Shown piece by piece: positions 44,943 through 53,567 of a stretch of DNA of 64,000 bases (position 1 is the stretch's first letter; each line of letters begins with the position of its first letter). Below the pieces are notes generated by a model that ran no database searches, was not told where the DNA came from, and worked only from the letters and a program-made list of their open reading frames with translations. The stretch comes from an uncultured Prevotella sp. (GTDB lineage: Bacteria > Bacteroidota > Bacteroidia > Bacteroidales > Bacteroidaceae), in contig CAJONQ010000028.1 in assembly GCA_905235835.1 (NCBI GenBank), forward strand, positions 10,197-74,196, given 5' to 3'. The position numbers and the translations under genes were made by a program.

Positions 44943-46886
44943 CTATTTAACAGTTTCCTTTTTTACATATTCTATACCCAACTCGCGAGCACGGTCCGCA
45001 TTACGGTTACGGAGTTTCTGTTTCTCCTTGTCAGGTTTTTGTTTCGTTATCTCACTAGGCTTTTGGAGGTTAAGAGGTGTTCCTTTCAAGTTCCAAGGCA
45101 GTGTCACGTCAAATTTCGCCTTACACTCAATGGATTTCGGATAGTAATACACCTCCTCCGCCTGCAAATCCTTCTCATAGTCGCCCGTATCCCATAGCCC
45201 ATTGCCGTTTCTGTCGATGAAGGCACGGAGATAATAGGTTCCCGGGGGTAGGTAGAAGAACTCGGCATTGCCATTCGCTGCCCTTACCTGTTTCAACGTC
45301 TTGTCACTCTTGTCCAGCAACTGCACGACGACTGTTGTGTCATTGATACCGCTTAGTTGCATCAACAAGGTAGCATAGTCATCCAGTGAGTGTACCTTAA
45401 TACCTTGTTTATAAGTCGCAGAGGCATAGCCATAGATATCCACGAAGGCGGCAGAGTCGATCTCCAAACTATATTCGGTGTCTGGTTGCCACTCGGCGAT
45501 GAACTCATAGATACGTAAGGTAGAGTCCTTCCGATGGAACTCATAAGGGGTGTTATACCATAACGAGTCTATTTTCGTATAGAGGTGGATTGCCGAGGTG
45601 TCACATGTCACCAGAGGAGTAGGCATCTCGAACGTCGTGAGATAGTCAGGGTCCATCTGTTGTTTCACGTTGTACTTGACATTCAGAGGCTCTGGGGGCA
45701 TGATACTGTCGTAGGGCTCCCCACGCTTCTTTAGTTTCTCTTGTTTCTTCTCCCATTCCTCTATGGTCTTCTTCCGCTCCTTCATGCGTTTCTCATAACT
45801 CGTCTTGGCGAGCACCTCGACGGTGTCCACCTGGGTAAAGAGTACCCCTGCAGAGTCTGTCATCAGATAACTCAGCTCCATCCGTAGGGTGTCCTGATTG
45901 ACGAGCGTGGTGTCACGTAACCAATAGGTCAGGGTGTCTTTCTTCTCACTGCTTTCCACGATAAACGCATCCTGCTCGTTGAAGTTCAACCCTTTGATAA
46001 CGGGCAGCTCTGGATGGCCATAGCTGAAATAGAGGGTGAAGTGATTAGGCTCTGTACGCTCAGGTTGTTTCAGCAGGTAACGCTCTGTCTGTGTCTCTTG
46101 GAAGGCGAGCAGTACGATATCATCCGGATAATAATGGATATAAGGTATCTGAATGATATTATCGATATGCAGAGTGTCCTTCCAAATGGTGTCCTGTCGG
46201 ACATCAGGTTTGGACGAGGGCTGGAATGTCTGATGGGAATAAGCGATCATCTCACTCTTCTGGTTGAAGATATAGTCACCGTCAGCGTCTTGCAAGGCGA
46301 AGACACGATACTCTCCTGGTGCGACACCTTTGATGACGAAACGTCCTCGCCCGTCAGTACGTGACACACGCAACAGCGGCTTGGTCTTGAAAGCACTGTC
46401 ACTCAAGTCGTTATACAGTCCTACCATGATACCCTTCACTGGCTCTAGGTTAGAGGCATCCAGCACATTACCAGCCACCTCAAAGGTGTCTATCTGCTCT
46501 CCCGTGGAGAAGGTGAAGGTGTAGTTACCCAAAGGGTTCCCCTCGTTATTATCAGTAATGGCGTCACTGAAGTCTATCGTGTAGGTCATATTGGGCTTCA
46601 GAGAGTCTTTCAGCTCCACCACGATCTTCTTTCCTGCCTCCTTGATCTCTGGCATCTCCAACTGGGGGGGGGACACGATGACCTTCTCATTAGCATTCGT
46701 CATTTTGATATACTCATCAAACTGGATGGTGATCTTCTGTGTGGTCACTCCTGTCGCTCCATCTGCCGGGGTAGAGCCGATGATGCGTGGAGGGTCATCG
46801 TCATACCATCCTCCGTCAGGCTGTCCCATACGGGCACAGCTGACGATGGCGCATACCAGACATACTATGTAGAGGAGTTTCTTCAT
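44943..46886 (-). CDS. lipoprotein with an N-terminal bacterial Ig-like (SbsA/Big_5-type) domain
   Basis: 647 aa. Lipobox IVSC. PPRIIGSTPADGATGVTTQKITIQFDEYI resembles Ig-like domains. Confidence 0.5.
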   Translation of the reverse strand: MKKLLYIVCLVCAIVSCARMGQPDGGWYDDDPPRIIGSTPADGATGVTTQKITIQFDEYIKMTNANEKVIVSPPQLEMPEIKEAGKKIVVELKDSLKPNMTYTIDFSDAITDNNEGNPLGNYTFTFSTGEQIDTFEVAGNVLDASNLEPVKGIMVGLYNDLSDSAFKTKPLLRVSRTDGRGRFVIKGVAPGEYRVFALQDADGDYIFNQKSEMIAYSHQTFQPSSKPDVRQDTIWKDTLHIDNIIQIPYIHYYPDDIVLLAFQETQTERYLLKQPERTEPNHFTLYFSYGHPELPVIKGLNFNEQDAFIVESSEKKDTLTYWLRDTTLVNQDTLRMELSYLMTDSAGVLFTQVDTVEVLAKTSYEKRMKERKKTIEEWEKKQEKLKKRGEPYDSIMPPEPLNVKYNVKQQMDPDYLTTFEMPTPLVTCDTSAIHLYTKIDSLWYNTPYEFHRKDSTLRIYEFIAEWQPDTEYSLEIDSAAFVDIYGYASATYKQGIKVHSLDDYATLLMQLSGINDTTVVVQLLDKSDKTLKQVRAANGNAEFFYLPPGTYYLRAFIDRNGNGLWDTGDYEKDLQAEEVYYYPKSIECKAKFDVTLPWNLKGTPLNLQKPSEITKQKPDKEKQKLRNRNADRARELGIEYVKKETVK

Positions 46887-48406
46887 GCGTTCAGTTTCAG
46901 TAATTGGTCTATATGCTCACGAGAGTTGCTCAGGCGGGGCACCTTATGCTGTCCTCCCAGTTTTCCCCGTAGCTTCAACCAGTCGTTAAACAGTCCTGTC
47001 CGTGCCTCTATCAACTCCAAGGGTTGCAACGTGATATCCTTATAACGTTTTGCCTCGTAGTCACTGTTTACCTCTTGCAACTTTTGGTCGAGTAGATGGG
47101 CAAACTGCTGTAAGTCCTGTGGTGGTTTTGAGAACTCGATGAGCCATTGGTGGCGGCATTTCGCATTGGCATCCATGAAGACTGGTGCTGCCGTATATTC
47201 CAATACTTCTGCACCTGTCTGTTGGCAAGCGTAGGCAAGTCCCTGCTCGGCATTATCCACGATCAGCTCTTCACCAAAGGCATTGATAAAACTCTTCGTA
47301 CGTCCTGTGATAACGAACTTATAGGGGTTGGTAGAGGTGAAACGGATTGTATCACCAATCTTATAGCGCCACAGTCCACATGAGGTGGAGATCAGCATGG
47401 CATAGTTCTTGTCTTTCTCCACTCCCCATAGTGGCACAATCCTAGAACCACTAGAATTACTAGTTTCACTAGAACCACTAGAAATCTCCTCAAACTCATA
47501 GAACACCCCATAGTCGAGCATCAGCAGCATTGCCTTGTCGGCAGGGTCGTCCTGCAAGCCGAAGAAACCCTCCGAGGCATTATACGTCTCCATATAATGC
47601 ATATTGGGAGAGGTGATTAGTTGCTCATACTGCTTGCGATAGGGAGTAAAAGCAACACCACCATGGAAGAACACCTCCAGATTGGGCCATACCTCCTCCA
47701 GATGGGTCTTCCCCGTTATCTCCATCATACAGTTCAGTACTGACAGCATCCAGGAGGGAACACCAGAGATATTCGTCACGTTCTTGTTCATCGCCTCACG
47801 GGCTATGCGTTCACGCTTAACCTCAAAGTCCTGCAACAAAGCAGTCTGTTTCTTGGGAACTCGCACAAGATTGGCAAGCGGATTGATATTCTCAATCAGG
47901 ATGGCACTGAGGTCACCTACCAGTGAGCCTGGCAGGTTATAGTTGGGGGCATGACTGCCACCGAGTATCAGGGCACGACCGTCAAACAGGCGTGACTTGG
48001 GGTTATTCCTTAGATAAAGTGCTACAGAGTCGAAACCACCAGCATAGTGGATTTTCTGCAAACCCTCAGGACTGACAGGGATAAACTTCGACTTATCATT
48101 GGTGGTTCCGGAGGATTTGGCATACCATTGCACACGTCCTTTCCATAAAACATCTGACTCACCATGACGCATACGGTCAATCTGTCCCTTCAGCTCCTCA
48201 TAGGTGTTCACAGGGGTATGCTTTGCGAAATCGTCATAACCCTTCATCGCATTGAAGGCATACTGCCGACCGTATTCTGTGTTTTTGGCTACCTGCAACA
48301 AATGGTTCAGCACCTTGCGCTGCAAAAGTTCTCCTTGCGTCTGGTGTTTCTCTAAAGCTCGCATGCGGGGCTCAAAGACATATCTTACTATACTGGTTAT
48401 ACTCAT
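46883..48406 (-). CDS. GH3 (Gretchen Hagen 3) auxin-responsive-promoter family acyl-adenylate-forming protein
   Basis: ORF 46883..48445(-). Start set at MSITSIV after the promoter box. The VLWKGRVQWYAKSSGTTNDKSKFIPVS block is characteristic. Confidence 0.8.
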   Translation of the reverse strand: MSITSIVRYVFEPRMRALEKHQTQGELLQRKVLNHLLQVAKNTEYGRQYAFNAMKGYDDFAKHTPVNTYEELKGQIDRMRHGESDVLWKGRVQWYAKSSGTTNDKSKFIPVSPEGLQKIHYAGGFDSVALYLRNNPKSRLFDGRALILGGSHAPNYNLPGSLVGDLSAILIENINPLANLVRVPKKQTALLQDFEVKRERIAREAMNKNVTNISGVPSWMLSVLNCMMEITGKTHLEEVWPNLEVFFHGGVAFTPYRKQYEQLITSPNMHYMETYNASEGFFGLQDDPADKAMLLMLDYGVFYEFEEISSGSSETSNSSGSRIVPLWGVEKDKNYAMLISTSCGLWRYKIGDTIRFTSTNPYKFVITGRTKSFINAFGEELIVDNAEQGLAYACQQTGAEVLEYTAAPVFMDANAKCRHQWLIEFSKPPQDLQQFAHLLDQKLQEVNSDYEAKRYKDITLQPLELIEARTGLFNDWLKLRGKLGGQHKVPRLSNSREHIDQLLKLNA

Positions 48407-48414
48407 ACAACGTG

Positions 48415-48422
48415 CAAAGGTA
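48415..48422 (-). promoter_or_regulatory. -7 box TACCTTTG for the GH3-family gene
   Basis: Reverse complement of caaaggta, 8 nt upstream of ATG 48406. Confidence 0.55.
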
Positions 48423-48450
48423 ATGGAATTTGGACGAATTACCAAATAAT

Positions 48451-49146
48451 TTAACGATTCATCAGTAGTTCGGACAGTTCTTTCATGCCCTCACTGGCAC
48501 CCTTCTGGATCTGTTGGACATTCGCACCAGCGGAGACAGGCTTGGGGTCGATGAGGTAGATGGGGACACCAGGACGCACGTATTGCACCAGTCCTGCGGC
48601 AGGATAGACATTGAGTGACGTGCCGATGATAATAAAGATATCTGCCTGCATAGCCTCTGCGGCAGCGGCACTGATCATGGGGACTCCCTCTCCGAAGAAG
48701 ACGATGAAGGGACGAAGCAAAGAACCGTCACCAGCCTTTGTGCCAGGCTCCACCTCACAGTTCTCTGGGGTCAGTGTGATTTGGTAACGGGAATCGTCGA
48801 CATCACGACTGGAACAGACCGTCATCAGTTCTCCATGCAGATGGATCACCTTTGAGGAGCCTGCCATCTCATGCAGGTTGTCGACATTCTGGGTGACAAC
48901 AGTCACATCGTATTGTTCTTCCAGTTTTGCCACTAAACGATGTCCCTCGTTGGGTTGTGTCCCAATACATTTCTTACGCAGCATATTATAGAAATTCGTT
49001 ACTAAGGTAGGGTCTGCCTCCCATCCCTCATGGGTCGCTACCTTTGCCACAGGATAGTTCTCCCATAACCCGTCAGCATCACGAAACGTCTTTAATCCAC
49101 TCTCTACCGACATACCGGCACCTGTCAAAACCACAATCTTCTTCAT
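48451..49146 (-). CDS. cobB: NAD-dependent protein deacylase (Sir2/CobB)
   Basis: 231 aa. GAGMSVESGLKTFRD, QNVDNLHE and IGTSLNVYPAA. Confidence 0.93.
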   Translation of the reverse strand: MKKIVVLTGAGMSVESGLKTFRDADGLWENYPVAKVATHEGWEADPTLVTNFYNMLRKKCIGTQPNEGHRLVAKLEEQYDVTVVTQNVDNLHEMAGSSKVIHLHGELMTVCSSRDVDDSRYQITLTPENCEVEPGTKAGDGSLLRPFIVFFGEGVPMISAAAAEAMQADIFIIIGTSLNVYPAAGLVQYVRPGVPIYLIDPKPVSAGANVQQIQKGASEGMKELSELLMNR

Positions 49147-49171
49147 AAGTCTTTCTGTTTTAGAATTTCTG

Positions 49172-49179
49172 CAAAAATA
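49172..49179 (-). promoter_or_regulatory. -7 box TATTTTTG for cobB
   Basis: Reverse complement of caaaaata, 25 nt upstream of ATG 49146. Confidence 0.5.
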
Positions 49180-49223
49180 ATAAATAAATAAGAGTTGACA
49201 ACGGAGAATTGAGAATAATTTAG

Positions 49224-49231
49224 TAATTTTG
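49224..49231 (+). promoter_or_regulatory. -7 box TAATTTTG for the radical SAM gene
   Basis: 21 nt upstream of ATG 49253. Confidence 0.6.
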
Positions 49232-49252
49232 CAAAATTAAACAGAAAACACC

Positions 49253-50341
49253 ATGGCAGAACTGGGTTTTCGTAAGCGTCTTGCCTTAGAACTGGCGGCA
49301 CAGATGAGCCGTAATATCCGTAAGGAGCATCCTCTTCGACAATTATTCTGGGAGTGCACCTTGCGGTGTAACGTGAGTTGTCGTCATTGTGGCAGTGACT
49401 GTAGGAAACTCTCTGAGGTCCAGGACATGCCTCGGGAGGACTTCTTCCGTGTCCTTGATAGTATAGCTCAAAAGACAGACCCGCACAAAGTGTTTGTGAC
49501 GATAACAGGTGGAGAGCCGCTTTTGCGGGAGGATCTGGATATTTGTGGACGTGAGATTTTCGAGCGTGGATTCCCTTGGGGTATGGTCACTAATGGACTT
49601 GCGCTCACCCCGGAGCGTTTTGAGTCGTTGAGGAAGGCAGGTATGCATAGCATAACGGTCAGTCTGGACGGACTGGAGGAGAATCACAACTGGATGCGTC
49701 GTCATCCACAAAGTTTCCAGATGGTCGACCAAGCCTTAGACCTCTTTGTGCGCCACCCGCAGATCGCCTCTGATGTCGTCACCTGTGTCAACCAGCGTAA
49801 TTACAATCAGTTGCCTGCTATCCGCGACTATCTCATTAGGAAGGGTATCGGCTATTGGCGTATCTATTCCATCTTTCCTGTGGGACGTGCCGCCAACGAC
49901 CCCACGATGCAACTGAGTCATGAGCAGTACCGTGGGATGCTTGATTTTATTCGCCAGACCAGAAGTGAGAGGAAGATCAATGCTTCGTATGGGTGTGAGG
50001 GTTTCCTTGGACGTTATGAGGGCGAGGTCCGTGAGATGTTCTTTGATTGTCAGGCAGGTGTGACAGTAGGTTCTGTGATGGCTGACGGTTCTATTGCCGC
50101 CTGTGCCAGTATCCGAGCTGACTATCACCAGGGTAATATCTACGAGGACGACTTCATGGAGGTATGGGAAAAGCGCTATGCACCCTATCGGAATCGTGAC
50201 TGGATGCGTAAGGGGGAATGTAAAGAATGTCACTATTGGCGCTATTGCCGTGGCAATGGAATGCACCTCCGTGATAGGGAAGGGAACCTGATTCTCTGTC
50301 ATTTAAAACGTATCCAAGAAGCAGACAAGACAGTTAAATAA
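49253..50341 (+). CDS. radical SAM/SPASM domain protein
   Basis: 362 aa. CNVSCRHC (CxxxCxxC) cluster. C-terminal Cys-rich SPASM-like region CQAG...CASI...CKECHYWRYCRG. Confidence 0.88.
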   Translation: MAELGFRKRLALELAAQMSRNIRKEHPLRQLFWECTLRCNVSCRHCGSDCRKLSEVQDMPREDFFRVLDSIAQKTDPHKVFVTITGGEPLLREDLDICGREIFERGFPWGMVTNGLALTPERFESLRKAGMHSITVSLDGLEENHNWMRRHPQSFQMVDQALDLFVRHPQIASDVVTCVNQRNYNQLPAIRDYLIRKGIGYWRIYSIFPVGRAANDPTMQLSHEQYRGMLDFIRQTRSERKINASYGCEGFLGRYEGEVREMFFDCQAGVTVGSVMADGSIAACASIRADYHQGNIYEDDFMEVWEKRYAPYRNRDWMRKGECKECHYWRYCRGNGMHLRDREGNLILCHLKRIQEADKTVK

Positions 50342-50374
50342 TCTTTATTTTAGGGTTTATTCAATAATAATCCA

Positions 50375-50382
50375 TAATTTTG
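50375..50382 (+). promoter_or_regulatory. -7 box TAATTTTG for the small lipoprotein gene
   Basis: 28 nt upstream of ATG 50411. Confidence 0.55.
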
Positions 50383-50410
50383 CACCCAGAAATCATCAAA
50401 CGTTTGAAAT

Positions 50411-50677
50411 ATGAAGAAGATTCGTCAATCTGTAAACCTCTTGCTCTCTGCCATCATCGTGGCTCTTGGCTTTGGTTCTTGCGTGTCTCAGAAGACCTAC
50501 AATGCTGCTCAAGAAGAGATCAAGCAACTCAAGGGTGAGAACGATGCGCTGAAGGCTGAGAATGCGAGTCTGCGCCATGATATCAACAAGATCAGGGAGT
50601 ATCAGCAGAGAGCGGAAGAGCGTAAGGTGGTTTATGGTCCTCGTCCTACGGGATATAACGATAAGATCGGCAAATAG
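50411..50677 (+). CDS. small coiled-coil lipoprotein adjacent to the radical SAM/SPASM gene
   Basis: 88 aa. Lipobox GFGSC, a heptad-like EEIKQLKGENDALKAENASLRHDINKI stretch, and the tail VVYGPRPTGYNDKIGK. Confidence 0.7.
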   Translation: MKKIRQSVNLLLSAIIVALGFGSCVSQKTYNAAQEEIKQLKGENDALKAENASLRHDINKIREYQQRAEERKVVYGPRPTGYNDKIGK

Positions 50678-50707
50678 GATATACATTATATAATATAGAG
50701 AAAGAAA

Positions 50708-51313
50708 ATGGATAAAGTAAGTTATGCGCTGGGCTTAGGCATCGGACGCCAGTTGGCTCAGATGGGTGCTACTGGATTGAATATCGACGACTTTGCCGCA
50801 GCTATCAAGGATGTGATAGCAGGTAACGACCTGAAGGTATCTAACCGTGAGGCACAGCAGATCGTACAGGAGTATTTCGCTGCACAGGAAGAGAAAATCA
50901 ACAAGCAGCGTGCAGAACAAGGGAAGGTGCATAAGGAAGCTGGTGAGAAATACCTCGCTGAGAATGCCAAGAAGGATGGGGTCATCACACTACCAAGTGG
51001 ACTGCAATATCAGGTTTTGAAGGAAGGTAATGGTAAGAAGCCTACCGCCAAGGATAGTGTGAAGTGCCACTACGAGGGATTCTTGATTGATGGTACTGTA
51101 TTTGACAGCAGTGTAGAGCGTGGTGAGCCAGCTGTCTTCGGACTGCAGCAGGTGATTGCAGGATGGACAGAAGGTTTACAGTTGATGCAAGAAGGTGCTA
51201 AGTACCGTTTCTTCATCCCCTACCGTCTTGCCTATGGTGAGGGTGGTGCCGGTGCCTCTATTCCTCCCTTTGCAGCCCTGATCTTCGATGTGGAGCTGAT
51301 TCAAGTGATGTAA
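50708..51313 (+). CDS. FKBP-type peptidyl-prolyl cis-trans isomerase (no signal peptide)
   Basis: 201 aa. FKBP domain VKCHYEGFLIDGTVFDSS...PPFAALIFDVELI. Confidence 0.92.
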   Translation: MDKVSYALGLGIGRQLAQMGATGLNIDDFAAAIKDVIAGNDLKVSNREAQQIVQEYFAAQEEKINKQRAEQGKVHKEAGEKYLAENAKKDGVITLPSGLQYQVLKEGNGKKPTAKDSVKCHYEGFLIDGTVFDSSVERGEPAVFGLQQVIAGWTEGLQLMQEGAKYRFFIPYRLAYGEGGAGASIPPFAALIFDVELIQVM

Positions 51314-51344
51314 TATCGAAACAACGAAATAATTAAAGAAAAAA

Positions 51345-52218
51345 ATGAGAAAGTTTACTTTTGCTGCTATTGCAGCAGTAGCCGCAGCAACATTGTTCTC
51401 CTGCGGTAATGGTGCTCCGAAGGCAAACCTGAAGAGTGAATGTTGATACCTTCAGCTATGCTATAGGTATGGCACAGACTAATGGTCTGAAAGATTATTT
51501 GGTTAATCGTCTGGACATTGATACCGCTTACATTGACGAGTTCATCAAGGGTCTTAACGAGGGTGCTAATGCTGGTGACGACAAGAAGAAGGCAGCTTAT
51601 TATGCTGGTATTCAGATTGGTCAGCAGATCAGCAACCAGATGGTGAAGGGTATCAACCACGAATTGTTTGGTAATGACTCTACTCAGACCATCTCTTTGA
51701 AGAACTTCATGGCAGGCTTTATCAGTGGTACTACAGGTAAGGGCGGTCTGATGACTGTTGACTCTGCTCAGATGGTAACCCAGACATTGATGCAGACCAT
51801 CAAGGGAAGATACATGGAGAAGGAGTTCGGTCCTAACAAAGTGGCTGGTGAGAAGTTCCTCGCAGAGAATGCTAAGAAAGAGGGTGTGAAGACCCTTGAG
51901 GGTGGTGTTCAGTATAAGGTCATCAAGGAGGGTACAGGTGCCATCCCTGCCGACACCTCTCGTGTGAAGGTGAACTACGAGGGTCGTACCATTGATGGTA
52001 AGGTGTTCGACAGCACTTACAAGCGTGGTGAGCCCGCAGAGTTCCGTTGCAACCAGGTTATCAAGGGTTGGACAGAGGCCCTCGTTCACATGCCTGCAGG
52101 TTCTGTATGGGAAGTTTACGTTCCTCAGGAGAAGGCTTATGGTGCTCGTCAGCAGGGTGCTGATATCAAGCCATTCTCTATGCTGATCTTCAAGATCGAG
52201 TTGTTTGTTAGAGGTTAA
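51345..52218 (+). pseudogene. FKBP-type PPIase lipoprotein split by a frameshift between the signal peptide and the mature domain
   Basis: ATG 51345 gives MRKFTFAAIAAVAAATLFSCGNGAPKANLKSEC* (stop at 51444-51446). The FKBP ORF (VNVDTFSYAIGMAQ...) runs in the +1 frame from 51436 to 52218. Confidence 0.75.
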
Positions 52219-52237
52219 TCCTAAGAGAAAGTAATCC

Positions 52238-52960
52238 ATGAGAAAAGTCATGATAGTAGCACTCACCATGATGGTGGGTGCTTTTTTCAACAACGTTAAG
52301 GCGCAGCAGCTGGTCACCCCCGTTGACTCTTTGAGCTATAGTTTCGGTTTAGTTCAGTCGAAAGGATTGGTGCGTTTCCTGCAGCAGTTCCGTCAGGAGG
52401 TCTTTGGTAATGACTCGACACAACGTCTTGACATCGACCTCTTCCTCCAGGCGTTCAATGCGGGAGTGAAAGACGAGAAAACACTGATGACCGTTGACTC
52501 TGCCCAAGTGCTTACACAGCATCTGATACAGTCTATCAAGTCCGAGACCGCCATGAAACTGTATGGCGCCAACAAGAAAGCTGGTGAGGACTTCCTCAAG
52601 GCGAACGCCAAGAAGAAAGGTATTAAGACCTTAGCGAGTGGTGTACAGTATAAGGTGCTGCAAGAAGGAAAGGGAGCCATCCCTACCGCAGACCAGAAAG
52701 TCAAAGTACATTACGAGGGACGTACCCTCGACGGTAATGTCTTCGACAGTTCTTACAAGCGTGGAGAGCCTACCGAGTTCGGTTGTAAGGAGGTCATCAA
52801 AGGATGGACGGAGGTACTCACCCACATGCCCGTAGGCTCTACGTGGGAAGTGTATATCCCACAAGAGCTTGCCTATGGCGACAGACAGGCAGGTAAGGAG
52901 ATCAAGCCATTCTCCATGCTGATTTTTAAGATTGAGCTTTTGGAGATTAAAGACAAGTAA
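52238..52960 (+). CDS. FKBP-type peptidyl-prolyl cis-trans isomerase, secreted
   Basis: 240 aa. Signal peptide ending VKAQ. FKBP domain VKVHYEGRTLDGNVFDSS. Paralog of the preceding gene. Confidence 0.92.
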   Translation: MRKVMIVALTMMVGAFFNNVKAQQLVTPVDSLSYSFGLVQSKGLVRFLQQFRQEVFGNDSTQRLDIDLFLQAFNAGVKDEKTLMTVDSAQVLTQHLIQSIKSETAMKLYGANKKAGEDFLKANAKKKGIKTLASGVQYKVLQEGKGAIPTADQKVKVHYEGRTLDGNVFDSSYKRGEPTEFGCKEVIKGWTEVLTHMPVGSTWEVYIPQELAYGDRQAGKEIKPFSMLIFKIELLEIKDK

Positions 52961-52970
52961 AAAACAAGGA

Positions 52971-52995
52971 GAGCAGACGAAAATCTGCTCTTTTT
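52971..52995 (+). terminator. intrinsic terminator after the FKBP cluster
   Basis: 7-bp stem gagcaga/tctgctc with a 6-nt loop, then TTTTT. Confidence 0.65.
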
Positions 52996-53050
52996 GTTTA
53001 AAATAATGCAATTTTCTTTGCAAAATGTTGCCCGTATCGATTATTTTTCC

Positions 53051-53058
53051 TACTTTTG
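53051..53058 (+). promoter_or_regulatory. -7 box TACTTTTG for the Lrp/AsnC gene
   Basis: 35 nt upstream of ATG 53094. Confidence 0.6.
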
Positions 53059-53093
53059 CTTACAAATTGTAAACTTAAGACCTTATTTTTAAT

Positions 53094-53567
53094 ATGGCGA
53101 CAACAGAGAAAATTGATCAACTAGACAAGAAGATCCTGAATATCTTGTCGAAGAATGCCCGTATTCCTTTCAAGGATGTGGCAGCAGAGTGTGGCGTGTC
53201 ACGTGCCGCCATCCATCAGCGTGTGCAACACCTGATAGAAAGTAACGTGATAATGGGTAGTGGTTTTGATGTCAATCCCAAGAGTCTGGGTTACAGCACC
53301 TGCACCTATGTAGGTATCACGTTGGAGCGTGGTTCTATGTATAAGGATGTGGTAGAGTGTCTGCAGCATATCCCGGAGATCGTGGAGTGCCATTTCACCA
53401 CTGGTCCTTATACCATGTTGGTCAAGTTATATGCTCGTGATAATGAGCAATTGATGCATCTGCTGAACGGTCGTCTGCAAGACATACCAGGTGTTGTCGC
53501 CACAGAGACCTTGATATCTTTGGAGCAGAGCATCAAACGTGAGATACCAGTTAGCGTTGATGAGTAA
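53094..53567 (+). CDS. Lrp/AsnC family transcriptional regulator
   Basis: 157 aa. N-terminal HTH LDKKILNILSKNARIPFKDVAAECGVSRAAIHQRV and a C-terminal RAM/AsnC_trans_reg domain. Confidence 0.9.
   Translation: MATTEKIDQLDKKILNILSKNARIPFKDVAAECGVSRAAIHQRVQHLIESNVIMGSGFDVNPKSLGYSTCTYVGITLERGSMYKDVVECLQHIPEIVECHFTTGPYTMLVKLYARDNEQLMHLLNGRLQDIPGVVATETLISLEQSIKREIPVSVDE

Noticed and set aside
51367-52317. 316-aa ORF antisense to the second FKBP gene
   Set aside because: Shadow ORF of a well-supported FKBP coding region. Its composition is typical of an antisense translation.
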